Source: an uncultured Acidobacteriota bacterium
Lineage (GTDB): Bacteria; Acidobacteriota; Thermoanaerobaculia; Gp7-AA8
Length of the DNA: 64,000 bases
Assembly (NCBI GenBank): GCA_963741955.1
Contig: CAVUKB010000005.1
Span: 1,088,001 to 1,152,000, forward strand
Reading direction: 5' to 3'
The position numbers were made by a program, and so were the translations under genes. Shown one piece after another: positions 1 through 9,672 of the stretch. The notes under the pieces are model-generated. The model was not told the origin of the DNA and ran no database searches. It saw only the letters and a list, made by a program, of their open reading frames with translations. Each line of letters opens with the position of its first letter. Positions within the stretch are counted from its first letter, which is position 1.

Positions 1-17
1 ATCACAGGCTTGGGATA

Positions 18-520
18 GCCCGAAGGGCGGCACCTTTGTTTAGCCCCCGCCGTCAGGCGGGGGTTCGGAAGTCCCCGGAATTCAGGTGTGAGCCCCCGAA
101 AGGGGGCGGTACCTCAGCAGAGTGCAGAATCGAGAGGTCCAGGTCCTCCGCATCACAGGCTTGCGACAGCCCGAAGGGCGGCACCTTGTTAACCCGCATT
201 TCTCACACCGTCTCGTCGCGAGGAGGCGGAGAGTGGCTTGGATGCAAGGCGCGCCCGGCTTCGGCAACGAAGGCATAGTGGTGACTATGTCGAGGAGCCG
301 AAGCCGGGCGCAACGCAGCAGACAGGCCGCTATCCATCTCCGCAGCAGAGATGGTGTGAGAAATGCGGGTTTAGCCCCCGCCGTCAGCCCGAAGGGCGCC
401 ACCTTGTTTAGCCCCCGCCGTCAGCCCGAAGGGCGGCACCTTGTTTAGCCCCCGCCGTCAGGCGGGGGTTCGGAAGTCCCCGGAATTCAGGTGTGAGCCC
501 CCGAAAGGGGGCGGTACCTC
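18..520. repeat. Cluster of REP-like palindromic repeats (GCCCGAAGGGCGGCACC...AGCCCCCGCCGTCAGGCGGGGG...GCCCCCGAAAGGGGGC)
   Basis: A ~97 bp block at 18-116 recurs at ~425-520, with partial copies at 170-190 and 372-424. It contains several GC hairpins. Confidence 0.8.
191..371. mobile_element. MITE-like element with 19-bp perfect terminal inverted repeats, inserted inside a REP unit
   Basis: AACCCGCATTTCTCACACC (191-209) pairs with GGTGTGAGAAATGCGGGTT (353-371). The element splits the REP sequence caccttgtt|tagcccccgcc. A diverged relative lies at ~54880-55086. Confidence 0.65.
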
Positions 521-663
521 TGAATTTCGTGAATATCGAGCAGCGGCCATGGAGGGATGCAGGCCTCGGTTCACCCTGACTGCGGAGCAGTCCCTTTGAA
601 ACAACGAACGCACGCTATGACTGCGCGCTCCTAGATCTTCCCCGTTCTCTCGTGATCAAGAAC

Positions 664-690
664 AAAGGCCCCGGAGTCCGGGGCCTTTTT
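664..690. terminator. Intrinsic terminator-like hairpin, possibly bidirectional
   Basis: AAAGGCCCCGGA-G-TCCGGGGCCTTTTT, just downstream of the minus-strand oxidoreductase gene. Confidence 0.65.
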
Positions 691-750
691 GTCTCGTCTT
701 CTGAATTCTGAATTCTGCATTCTGCATTCTGAATTCGTCTTCTCCCCCGC

Positions 751-2880
751 TCATCCGCCGGCGACGCGTCTCGCCTGAAGCTCCTTCAGCGCAGCGAGAA
801 CCCGCTCCGGCGTCATCGGAAGCCGGTAGAGGCGCGCACCGGTCGCATCGAACACGCCGTTCGCGATCACCGCGCCCATCGGGACGATTGCCGGCTCGCC
901 ACCACCCTGCGGAGCGACGTCGTCGTTCTTCACCAGAACCGTCTCGATCTTCGGCAGAGTGGAGAAGCGCGGAAGCTCGTACGTCCCGAAGTTCTGGTCG
1001 AGGATCTCCCCTCCATGGAATCGCAGTTCCTCCGTGAGGGGGTAGCCGAGGCCCATGGTCATGCAGCCTTCCATCTGCATCTTCGCGCCGACCGGGTTGA
1101 CGACGATGCCCATGTCCTGTGCCGCGAGGATCCGCTTCACCCGAATGGTTCCCTTCGACGGATCGACGTCGACGTCGGCCATCAGAGCGACATAGCTTCC
1201 GGCGTCGATGCCGCACGCGAGTCCCCGCCCCTTTCCGGTCGGCCCCGCTCCCGGCTTCCAGCCGAACGCGTCCGCCGCGGTCTGCAGAACCTTGCGCATC
1301 CGCGGGTCGGTGGTATTGCGCAGACGGAACTCAAGCGGATCGATTCCCGCTGCAGCCGCCATCATGTCGATCTGCGACTCGGCGGCGAAGACGTTCGCAT
1401 TCGCGCCGGGAGCGCGCCACGCCCCGACCGCGAACGGATGGAGGCTCTCGTTCCCCATCCAGCCGCCGTATGCGCGGATGCTGGCATTGGGAACGTCGTA
1501 GAAGAGATCCGTCCCGCGGCTTCCGGCCGCATAGACACCGTAGTCCCACAGAGTGATCTTCCCGGCGGGATCGACGGCGGAGACGATCCTGATCACCGAG
1601 GCCGGATCAAAGGTGTCGTAAAAGAACTCCTCTTCGCGGGACCAGCGGACCTGGACCGGCTTCCCGCTGATCTTCGCCAGCTTCGCCGCTTCGATCGCCT
1701 GCCCGCTCGCGCTCTTCCCGCCGAATCCGCCACCGACGTAGGGCGTGATCACGCGAACCTTCTCCTTCGCCAGACCGAGCTCCTTCGCGATCCGGTCCCG
1801 CGTCGGGAACGGCGTCTGGGTTCCCGCCCAGACGGTCATCTTTCCGTCCTTCATCTCCGCGATCGCGGTGTGCGGTTCCATCGGCGCGTGTGCGTGGTAC
1901 GCGGTACGGAATGTCGACTCGAAGAGCTTTCCTCCCGCGGTGCGCGCCGCGACCGGGTCGCCTCGCTTCTCCTTCACTTCCGGCGCGGGAGCAGCTTTCA
2001 CCAGATGTTCGAAGATCGTCTCGCCGTCGAGATCCGATTTCGGGACGTCCCATTTCGCATCGATCTTCCCGAGCGCCGCATCCGCAGCTTCCGGGTCGGC
2101 GGCGAGGACCGCGATCAGTCCGTCCTGGTTCACCAGGGTGACACCGGCGATCTTTCCCGCGGCGGTCGTGTCGGCGCTCTTCAGAGTCGCGCCGTGCGCG
2201 GGCGGACGGAGGATTCGCGCGTAGAGCATTCCCGGGACGCGGATGTCGCCGGCGTACTTCGCGGCGCCGGTGACTTTCTCGCGGGCATCGAGACGCGTCG
2301 GCGACTGTCCCATGATCTGGAATTCCGAGACCTTCCGCAGCACCGCTTTCTCGTCGACCAGGCGCGCGATCTTCTTTCCCTTCGCCAGCTCGCCGTAAGT
2401 GACCTTCCTGGACGGACTCCCCACCACCGAGACGACACCGTCCTTCGCAGTCACGTTCGCCTTCGGGACTCCGAGCTTCTTCGCTCCGAGCTCGAGCATC
2501 GCTTCACGCCCCTCCGCCGCGCCGGCGCGGAGCGCGGGACCGAACATGCGAGTGGTGAGCGAGCCGAACGTCCCCATGTCCCAGGGGCACGTATCCGTAT
2601 CTCCCATCACCATGTCGATCGAGGCGAGCGCCACTCCGAGCTCCTCGGCGGCCATCTGCGCCTGCGAGGTCATCACCCCCTGTCCCATCTCGATCTTCCC
2701 GGTGAAGATCGTCACCCGTCCGTCCTCACCGATCCTCAGATACGCGTTGAGGTCTTCCGGGTAGATGCGGCGGCGGTCCTGTGAGAAGAGATCCGTGGGA
2801 CCGAGCGCGATACAGACGACCACGCCTCCGCCGACGAGCCTGAAGAACGTGCGACGGTCCATTCCACCAGCGTCGCTCAT
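751..2880 (-). CDS. Xanthine dehydrogenase family molybdopterin-binding subunit (isoquinoline 1-oxidoreductase beta-like), Tat-exported
   Basis: Start taken at MSDAGG. Tat motif DRRTFF; family motifs GKIEMGQG, GGGFGGK, GAWRAPG and GGGEP. Confidence 0.9.
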   Translation of the reverse strand: MSDAGGMDRRTFFRLVGGGVVVCIALGPTDLFSQDRRRIYPEDLNAYLRIGEDGRVTIFTGKIEMGQGVMTSQAQMAAEELGVALASIDMVMGDTDTCPWDMGTFGSLTTRMFGPALRAGAAEGREAMLELGAKKLGVPKANVTAKDGVVSVVGSPSRKVTYGELAKGKKIARLVDEKAVLRKVSEFQIMGQSPTRLDAREKVTGAAKYAGDIRVPGMLYARILRPPAHGATLKSADTTAAGKIAGVTLVNQDGLIAVLAADPEAADAALGKIDAKWDVPKSDLDGETIFEHLVKAAPAPEVKEKRGDPVAARTAGGKLFESTFRTAYHAHAPMEPHTAIAEMKDGKMTVWAGTQTPFPTRDRIAKELGLAKEKVRVITPYVGGGFGGKSASGQAIEAAKLAKISGKPVQVRWSREEEFFYDTFDPASVIRIVSAVDPAGKITLWDYGVYAAGSRGTDLFYDVPNASIRAYGGWMGNESLHPFAVGAWRAPGANANVFAAESQIDMMAAAAGIDPLEFRLRNTTDPRMRKVLQTAADAFGWKPGAGPTGKGRGLACGIDAGSYVALMADVDVDPSKGTIRVKRILAAQDMGIVVNPVGAKMQMEGCMTMGLGYPLTEELRFHGGEILDQNFGTYELPRFSTLPKIETVLVKNDDVAPQGGGEPAIVPMGAVIANGVFDATGARLYRLPMTPERVLAALKELQARRVAGG

Positions 2881-3353
2881 GACCGTTCTCCTTTCGTTCC
2901 CGCGACCGCTTCGATCGCGGCGATGATCCGCTGGTGCGCACCGCACCGGCAGAGGTTGTCGTTCATCCCGTCGACGATCTCTGCGCGCGAGGGATGCGGC
3001 TTCTCACGCAGCAGGGCGTACGCATTCATGATCATCCCCGACGTGCAGTAACCGCACTGGAATCCGCCGTGCTCGACGAACGCCTCCTGGATCGGATGGA
3101 GCCGTTCGCCTTTCGCGAGCCCCTCGATGGTCGTGACTTCCTTCCCCGCGACCTCGGCGAGCGAGGTCTGGCAGGAACGGACCGCCTCGCCATCGACGAC
3201 CACGGTGCAGGATCCGCAGATCCCTTCTCCACAGCCGTACTTCGTGCCGGTCAGGTCGAGGTCGGTACGAAGAACCCACAGCAGGCGGCGCTCGTCGTCG
3301 GTGTTCAGTGTGACGGGACGGCCGTTGAGACGAAACCGGATGCTCTTTTTCAT
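2877..3353 (-). CDS. (2Fe-2S)-binding small subunit (IorA/CoxS-like)
   Basis: MKKSIRF start. Motifs GTKYGCGEGICGSCTV, QCGYCTSG and NLCRCG. Overlaps the beta-subunit start by 4 bp. Confidence 0.92.
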   Translation of the reverse strand: MKKSIRFRLNGRPVTLNTDDERRLLWVLRTDLDLTGTKYGCGEGICGSCTVVVDGEAVRSCQTSLAEVAGKEVTTIEGLAKGERLHPIQEAFVEHGGFQCGYCTSGMIMNAYALLREKPHPSRAEIVDGMNDNLCRCGAHQRIIAAIEAVAGTKGERS

Positions 3354-3426
3354 GCAAGCTCCCTTCGTCGAACGCGGGAGAACGTTCCCCGCCATCCTAA
3401 CGCAATGCGGAGGAATGGGGGGAGCG

Positions 3427-3522
3427 CGGCGCGATGTGGGTCGCGCGCCGTGGGTCGCGCAATGTGGGTCGCGCGCCGTGGGTCGCGCGTCTCGCGCGAT
3501 GTGGGTCGCGCGTCTCGCGCGA
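3427..3522. repeat. Short low-complexity intergenic repeats (GTGGGTCGCGCG units)
   Basis: Repeated gcgatgtgggtcgcgcg / ccgtgggtcgcgc units between divergent genes. Confidence 0.6.
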
Positions 3523-3634
3523 TGGCGAGCGGCGTCCCGCCGCGAGCGACGCCTGAACGACGTCCGCGGCCCTCGCCACGATCGCGTTCTCGCCCCCCCC
3601 GAAACCCACCAGGCACGAAACTCGTATTCAAGGC

Positions 3635-4537
3635 GTGACCCCTCTCCAACGGCTCCGCTCCGCGACCAGGCTCGGGATCCTTTTCTCCGGTGGATCCTCC
3701 CGCTGCATCTTTCAGGTCGGAGTGATGGAGGCGCTTCATGAGCTCGGCATCCAGCCGAGCGTCTGTCTCGGCGTGTCCGGAGGGGCGTGGAACGCGGCGG
3801 CAGTCGCGGTCGGGAACGTGCAGCGTCTCCGGGCCTACTGGCGCTTCTTCTGGCGGATGCCGTACCTCGATCTGCGGAACCTCCTGCGCGAGCACTCACC
3901 GTTCATCTGGTCCCGGCTTCATGAGCGTGCGTTCGAGCGCTATGTCGGGAACGAGCGGATCCGCGCCACGACCACTCTCCCACTTTACGTCGCACTCACC
4001 CGCCTCCGCGATCGAACCTCGATGATCTTCGACGTCCGTGAGTCGGCCGATCCGTTGCGGCTGCTGATCGCGAGCAACTACCTTCCCCCGTTCTTCACAC
4101 ACGCGCCGCGTCTGGAGGGGGAACGCTATGGCGACGGCGGCTTCTCCGACAATCTTCCTTACGAAAGCCTCTTCGACCTCGGCTGCGACGCGGTGATCGT
4201 TCTCGCGTCGAAGGGGGAGAGCGAGGGTGGGCTGTTTCGCAATCGCGAAGATTACGATCACGTCATCTCTAATCCGTTCCGTGATCGGGTCGTGGTGATC
4301 CGGCCGCGTCACCGGCTCCCGCTCGGCTTCGTCGAGCGCCGCTGGGAAAGGCTCGCTCCGATCGCGAATCTCGGATCGCGGCGAACGCGCGAAATCCTGC
4401 TCGGCGAAGAAGATACGGACTACGTCGTGCCACCGGGCAGACCGAGCCCGTCGGTCGTCTTTCTCCGTATCCGCGACTGGACGCGAACGCGATTCGACAC
4501 CCGCCGCGCGACGAACGACACGCCTCCGCGATCGTGA
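3635..4537 (+). CDS. Patatin-like phospholipase
   Basis: SGGSSR glycine loop, GVSGG nucleophile motif, DGG motif. Confidence 0.88.
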   Translation: MTPLQRLRSATRLGILFSGGSSRCIFQVGVMEALHELGIQPSVCLGVSGGAWNAAAVAVGNVQRLRAYWRFFWRMPYLDLRNLLREHSPFIWSRLHERAFERYVGNERIRATTTLPLYVALTRLRDRTSMIFDVRESADPLRLLIASNYLPPFFTHAPRLEGERYGDGGFSDNLPYESLFDLGCDAVIVLASKGESEGGLFRNREDYDHVISNPFRDRVVVIRPRHRLPLGFVERRWERLAPIANLGSRRTREILLGEEDTDYVVPPGRPSPSVVFLRIRDWTRTRFDTRRATNDTPPRS

Positions 4538-4615
4538 GCCGCATCACGAACGTTCTGCCCGCTTCGACGTGCATCTCCGCTCCTATCGGTGCAGAATAGA
4601 AATCGGAGGTGAGCC

Positions 4616-4855
4616 ATGGCCCGGGGATGGGAAAGCAAGTCGGTCGAGGCGCAGATCGAAGAAGGATCCGTCGCAGAAATGACGACGGCCGAAACCGAGG
4701 CAGTCGAAGCGGAGCGCAAGCGGAAGCGCGACAGCATCGAGATGTCGCGACGGCGTGTGAAGCACGACCTGGAGGCGACGCAGTCGGACGTCCACCGCAC
4801 CGCGCTCCAGAACGCGCTCGCATTTCTCGATGCCGAGTTGAAGAAGCTGAACTGA
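4616..4855 (+). CDS. Small coiled-coil hypothetical protein
   Basis: GGAGG RBS; sequence MARGWESKSVEAQIE... has protein-like composition. Confidence 0.75.
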   Translation: MARGWESKSVEAQIEEGSVAEMTTAETEAVEAERKRKRDSIEMSRRRVKHDLEATQSDVHRTALQNALAFLDAELKKLN

Positions 4856-4867
4856 GCGTCCAGCCGC

Positions 4868-5311
4868 TCAGAGTCTCAGCAGTGGCCGGCCGTACGGCAG
4901 GAAAGGCCACGGAATCGTCGCAATCATGATCAGCAGCGCGATCGCGAACATGATCGCCGGTTTTCTGCTCCCACCGCGCTTCATCATCACGTTCCCGATG
5001 TGTACGAGGATGATCGCGACGACCATCCCGAAGTCGTGCTCGATGGCCCAGAAGCGCGTGGTCGGGTCCTGCATCCCCGCCGCGGGATTCGCGAAGAACG
5101 CGGAGATCCACGGCGTCACGACGTAGAGGACCACGCCGAGGAGCAGCTGGATGTCGACGCTCATCATGAAGAAAAGCGACGCGCGACGGGCGAGGGAGCG
5201 AGGCTCCGAGTGGCGCGAGACTCCGAATGCGCTGACCACTGCGAGCAGCCCGAGCGCGAGGACGATCCACCGATTCCAGGAATGGAGATCGAGCAGGATT
5301 TGATACAACAT
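4868..5311 (-). CDS. Four-TM membrane protein (cytochrome b-like hypothetical)
   Basis: MLYQILLDLHSWNRW...DIQLLLG...EH...H...IPWPF; GGAGG RBS upstream. Confidence 0.75.
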   Translation of the reverse strand: MLYQILLDLHSWNRWIVLALGLLAVVSAFGVSRHSEPRSLARRASLFFMMSVDIQLLLGVVLYVVTPWISAFFANPAAGMQDPTTRFWAIEHDFGMVVAIILVHIGNVMMKRGGSRKPAIMFAIALLIMIATIPWPFLPYGRPLLRL

Positions 5312-5420
5312 CGATGCGCCTCCGTTACCGGACGCCTTCGGCATCCGATCCGGGACGCATCATACCGGTTCTTGCCGCGCTCTGCCGATCAGGAGTCTGC
5401 GCGGTAGAAACTTTCTGTTG

Positions 5421-5579
5421 CTAACAGGGATCGTCACGCTCGCCGAACGAGTTCGGGTCCTCGCGGAACGAGTGCCGCTTCCTCGAAGTCGCGCTCCGCG
5501 GTTTGCGACGGTCTCCGCCGCTTCGTCGCTCTTCGATCCGGTTGCCTTCCTCTTTCTCTGCATTCTTCTCGCGTTTCAT
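5421..5579 (-). CDS. 52-aa charged small protein (not in the ORF track)
   Basis: GGAGGA RBS then MKREKNAEKEEGNRIEERRSGGDRRKPRSATSRKRHSFREDPNSFGERDDPC*, translated by hand. Confidence 0.45.
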   Translation of the reverse strand: MKREKNAEKEEGNRIEERRSGGDRRKPRSATSRKRHSFREDPNSFGERDDPC

Positions 5580-5841
5580 CGTTCCTCCAGCTGAGACTCC
5601 TTATCGCAAGAGCCGTACCGGAAGGGCGACGGCGGCGAGAATGCGGAGATGCCGCGGCCCGGAGCGGAAGGAGGTCGAGCGGCTCCGTGGGCGATCTCAC
5701 CTGGGCGATTTGCCATAGCCCGTCCGGGCGTCTTCCATGAGAACGATCACGGTGCCGGAACGAGCAGCGGCTTCGTGAGCGATCTCATTTGCGCGATTTG
5801 AAGACACCGGCACTCGGTTTCGCACAGCTCTCCTTGCTCGA

Positions 5842-6649
5842 CGCCCTTCGCCGAGCCGACAACGCGATGACCGCGCCCCTCCGCGGGACGCACCCTCTCC
5901 CCGTCCGGGATCATGTCTTCAGCCGAGGACCGACATTCGGGGAGAGGGAAGGGTGAGGGGCAACCCCGAAAGTCGAAGCCGAAGATCGTGCAACCCAGCC
6001 CGCCCTTCGCCGAGCCGACAACGCGATGACCGCGCCCCTCGGCGGGACGCACCCTCTCCCCGTCCGGGGTCACGTCTTCAGCCGAGGACCGACATTCGGG
6101 GAGAGGGAAGGGTGAGGGGCAACCCCCAAAGTCGAAGCCGAAGATCGTGCAATCCAGCCCGCCCTTCGCCGAGCCGACAACGCGATGACCGCGCCCCTCG
6201 GCGGGACGCACCCTCTCCCCGTCCGGGGTCATGTCTTCAGCCGAGGACCGACATTCGGGGAGAGGGAAGGGTGAGGGGCAACCCCGAAAGTCGAAGCCGA
6301 AGATCGTGCAACCCAGCCCGCCCTTCGCCGAGCCGACAACGCGATGACCGCGCCCCTCGGCGGGACGCACCCTCTCCCCGTCCGGGGTCATGTCTTCAGC
6401 CGAGGACCAACATTCGGGGAGAGGGAAGGGTGAGGGGCAACCCTGAAAGTCGAAGCCGAAGATCGTGCAACCCAGCCCGCCCTTCGCCGAGCCGACAACG
6501 CGATGACCGCGCCCCTCGGCGGGACGCACCCTCTCCCCGTCCGGGGTCATGTCTTCAGCCGAGGACCAACATTCGGGGAGAGGGAAGGGTGAGGGGCAAC
6601 ACTGAAAGTCGAAGCCGAAGATCGTGCAAGCCAGCCCGCCCTTCGCCGA
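5842..6649. repeat. Tandem array A: 5 x 159 bp units with a BoxC-like core
   Basis: Units start at 5842, 6001, 6160, 6319 and 6478, with a partial unit at 6637. Core is CCCTCTCCCCG...CGGGGAGAGGGAAGGGTGAGGGG. Confidence 0.95.
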
Positions 6650-6673
6650 CGCGCTGGCGTATGATTTTCGACC

Positions 6674-7003
6674 ATGGACAAACCTCTGGAATCGGATTGG
6701 AAAGTATTCCATAAGCGCGTCCCGGAATGGCGCGAGCGTTACCTCGACACGGCGGACGCGGAGATTGCATCGATCCTCTCGAGTCGAAAGGGCTCGCCGA
6801 CCGATCGGTTCTGGGAGGCGAAAGAGAAGGCCGACGGGATCGCGAATACTCTCCACATCCTCCTCGACGACCACTCGCGCTCGAAGATGGACTGGGCTCT
6901 CGTGCTGATGTATGCACACGGATTCATCGGAGACGACGACCTCGGCGAATTCAGCCAGCCGCTCGCCGGACGGATCCGGAGCGCTTCGCACCTGAAGCGA
7001 TGA
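6674..7003 (+). CDS. Hypothetical protein (109 aa)
   Basis: MDKPLESDWKVFHKRVPEWRERYL...; protein-like composition, no repeat content. Confidence 0.75.
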   Translation: MDKPLESDWKVFHKRVPEWRERYLDTADAEIASILSSRKGSPTDRFWEAKEKADGIANTLHILLDDHSRSKMDWALVLMYAHGFIGDDDLGEFSQPLAGRIRSASHLKR

Positions 7004-7091
7004 ACCCGAAAGGGGCGCGCGAACGCGCCAGTCGTCCCGCTCATCTCCCGCGACGGGAGCGACTGGAGCGACTGCGGAGTCGAACGGAAAT

Positions 7092-7120
7092 ATACGTATG
7101 CCTGGTACGATTATACGTAT
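7092..7120 (+). promoter_or_regulatory. Putative TA operon promoter/operator
   Basis: Two ATACGTAT palindromes (7092-7099, 7113-7120) flank a TACGAT -10-like hexamer just before the antitoxin GTG. Confidence 0.55.
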
Positions 7121-7121
7121 C

Positions 7122-7352
7122 GTGAAAACGAAGCTGACGATCACGGTCGATGAAAAGTTGCTTCCCCGGGCGAAGCGTGCTGCGCGGCGACGAGGGGTTT
7201 CGCTTTCGAGCGTGATCGAGGAGAGCCTGAAACGGCTCGCGACACCGGACGGCGATTTCGTCGCAAAGTGGAGGGGCGGCTTTCGGGCTCGGACCGGGCG
7301 CAATCCTCGCCTGGAGTACCTGAAGAGGAAGTACCTTGCGGATTCTGATTGA
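7122..7352 (+). CDS. Ribbon-helix-helix antitoxin (DUF6364-like)
   Basis: MKTKLTITVDEKLLPRAK...GVSLSSVIE; overlaps the downstream PIN gene. Confidence 0.85.
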   Translation: MKTKLTITVDEKLLPRAKRAARRRGVSLSSVIEESLKRLATPDGDFVAKWRGGFRARTGRNPRLEYLKRKYLADSD

Positions 7353-7749
7353 TACGGACGTCCTGCTCGATCTCGCCCTCGACCGTGCTCCGCATGCGGA
7401 AGCCGCATCCCGAGTTCTCGAAAGGGTGGAGAACGGGGCGGTATCGGCGGTCGTCGCGTGGCACACCATCTCGAATCTGTACTATCTGCTCGCTTCGTTT
7501 GCTGACCGAAAGAAAGCTCTGAACTTCATCCGGGACCTGATCGGCATCGTCGAGGTGGCCCCGACCGGCACTGCAGCGCTCCGCACGGCTTTGAATCTCG
7601 GAATGAACGACTTCGAAGATGCCATGCAGGTCGCCGCCGCCCTTGCGGCAGGAGTCGACGTGATCGTCACCCGAAACGTGGGCGATTTCCGCAAAGCGCC
7701 GTTGCGCGCGATCCGACCTGCGGATCTCGTCTTCCCCGAACGCGAGTGA
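7336..7749 (+). CDS. PIN-domain (VapC-like) toxin
   Basis: ILIDTDVLLD...DFEDAMQ...IVTRNVGDF, the PIN acidic motifs. Confidence 0.9.
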   Translation: MRILIDTDVLLDLALDRAPHAEAASRVLERVENGAVSAVVAWHTISNLYYLLASFADRKKALNFIRDLIGIVEVAPTGTAALRTALNLGMNDFEDAMQVAAALAAGVDVIVTRNVGDFRKAPLRAIRPADLVFPERE

Positions 7750-7789
7750 TCGAAGAAGCGAATGAACCGCTTCCCGTGGCTTCAAGAAC

Positions 7790-8615
7790 GCCACCACCCA
7801 TCCCCACTCGCGCCGCATCCCTCTCCCCGTCCGGGGTCATGTCTTCAGCCGAGGGCCGACACTCGGGGAGAGGGAAGGGTGAGGGGCAACCCCGAAAGTC
7901 GAAGCCGAAGCCGAAGCCACTCGCGTCGTCCCCACGAATGGCGAGAGCGAATTCACAATCCGACGAATTCAGAATGCAGAATTCAGAATTCAGAATTCAG
8001 AATTCACGCGCCACACTCCGAACCATCCGCAGTCCGGAACTTTGAGCCCCGTCCCCACGAGCACCACCCACTCCCACTCGCGCGGGCCTCCCCTCTCCCC
8101 GTCCGGGGTCATGTCTTCAGCCGAGGACCGACATTCGGGGAGAGGGAAGGGTGAGGGGCAACCCCGAAAGTCAGATCCGACGCCGAAGCCACTCGCGTCG
8201 TCCCCACGAATGGCGAGAGCGAATTCAAATTCCGACGAATGCAGAATGCAGAATTCAGATTTCAGAATTCACGCGCCACACTCCGAACCATCCCCAGTCC
8301 GGAACTTCAAGCCCCGTCCCCACGAAGCACCACCCTCTCCCTCTCGCGCGGGCCTCCCCCTCTCCCCGTCCGGGTCATGTCTTCAGCCGAGGAACGACAT
8401 TCGGGGAGAGGGAAGGGTGAGGGGCAACCCCGAAAGTCGAAGCCGAAGCCACTCGCGTCATCCCCACGAATGGCGAGAGCGAATTCAAATTCCGACGAAT
8501 GCAGAATGCAGAGTTCAGAATTCAGAATTCAGATTTCACGCGCCACACTCCGAACCATCCGCAGTCCGGACCTTTGAGCCCCGTCCCCACGAAGCACCAC
8601 CCACTCCCACTCGCG
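7790..8615. repeat. Tandem array B: ~3 x ~270 bp units with the same BoxC-like core plus (AGAATTC)n heptamers
   Basis: Core at ~7819, ~8091 and ~8358, each followed by CCCCACGAATGGCGAGAGCGAATTC and GAATTCA/GAATGCA runs. Confidence 0.9.
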
Positions 8616-8840
8616 GCTTCCCTCGCGACGCCGAACATAGCGGATCCGATCGGGATTCACGGCGTACTCACGATGAACCCACACCAGGCCGGCCGCCACG
8701 AAGACAGGCAGAGCGACGTCGAACCGTCTCCGATCGATCTTCGGCCTGCTGCGCCTCAGCCGCACGAGCGTGTCCCCTTCCCGGGCTTCGGATGCTTTTG
8801 CGACGGGAACCGCGCAGTTTCGACCAGAACGGGACACGCC
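8600..8840 (-). pseudogene. Internally deleted copy of the LytTR-domain gene
   Basis: EAREGDTLVRLRRSRPKIDRRRFDVALPVF...RVHREYAVNPDRIRYVRRREGSREWE is near-identical to 9673-10166, but the N-terminal part is missing and the end is fused to array B. Confidence 0.75.
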
Positions 8841-8966
8841 CCTTCCCCGCCCGCGCGCTCCACACCCACTCCCACTCGCACCGATATAGAATGCGCGCGG
8901 GCTCGATCCCGATCTTCAGCCGCGACGAGCGAGGGTCACACCCGCCACGGTCGCACGGAAGGACTC

Positions 8967-9215
8967 ATGAAACAGGGCATGCTGGAAATTCTCGGAAAGA
9001 CGATCACCGGCGTGGTGGTGAAGGAGCGCGAGGAGACACACGCCGCGCAGAACCAGGTCTTCATCCTCTTCTCGGACGGAACGTATTACGAGCTGTACGG
9101 GGCCCGCATCGAAGGCATCGGGCACTTGAGGGAAGGCGGCAAAGAGGACGTGCGCGAGTACATGTCGAGTGGAAAGATCGTACTCGAAGGACACATTGAA
9201 CGACTCAGTCGCTGA
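8967..9215 (+). CDS. Hypothetical protein (82 aa)
   Basis: GAAGGA RBS; MKQGMLEILGKTITGVVVKE...QVFILFSDGTYYELYG. Confidence 0.7.
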   Translation: MKQGMLEILGKTITGVVVKEREETHAAQNQVFILFSDGTYYELYGARIEGIGHLREGGKEDVREYMSSGKIVLEGHIERLSR

Positions 9216-9672
9216 AGAGGCCGCGGGGGCCACGGCAGGTGTACCTCGAGATGACGGGTGGACAGCGAATCGCTTCTTCGACATGCTTTCCCCCGCACCC
9301 CTCGTCAGCCGGATACCAGGTGCGGCTGCCAACGGAGCGAGGCGTGAGTGCGGGCACCTCCGACACTCACGCCGCGGTTCCTCTGATCCCCCATGCCTCC
9401 GCTCGACGATCGTCGGCCCGAGCTCCTGCCCATGCAGGTCCGACTCTTGACCTCCAAGTGCCCCTCCGCCCACGCTCAAAACTCACTCCCGATCGCGCCG
9501 TCCCCAGTGCCGCAGGGACGACAGACAACAGCCACGGGTGAAGGCGCTCCGCGCCGGAACCCGGGGGTGCGCGGACGAACGACATTTCATCTTGCTCTTC
9601 AAGACGATCCAGACGATCGCCGCACCCTTCGTTCCACGCATCCTTCTGGAGCTCGGCACGGCCCCTCGCCGC

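Noticed and set aside
1015-2784. Long antisense ORFs (here and at 26556-28061, 37469-38569, 44120-45457, etc.)
   Set aside because: Shadow frames of well-supported genes in high-GC DNA.
5747-7408. 553-aa minus-strand repeat protein and matching 253-aa plus-strand ORF
   Set aside because: They stay open only because the 159-bp unit is a multiple of 3 and GC-rich, and the longer one runs antisense over real genes.
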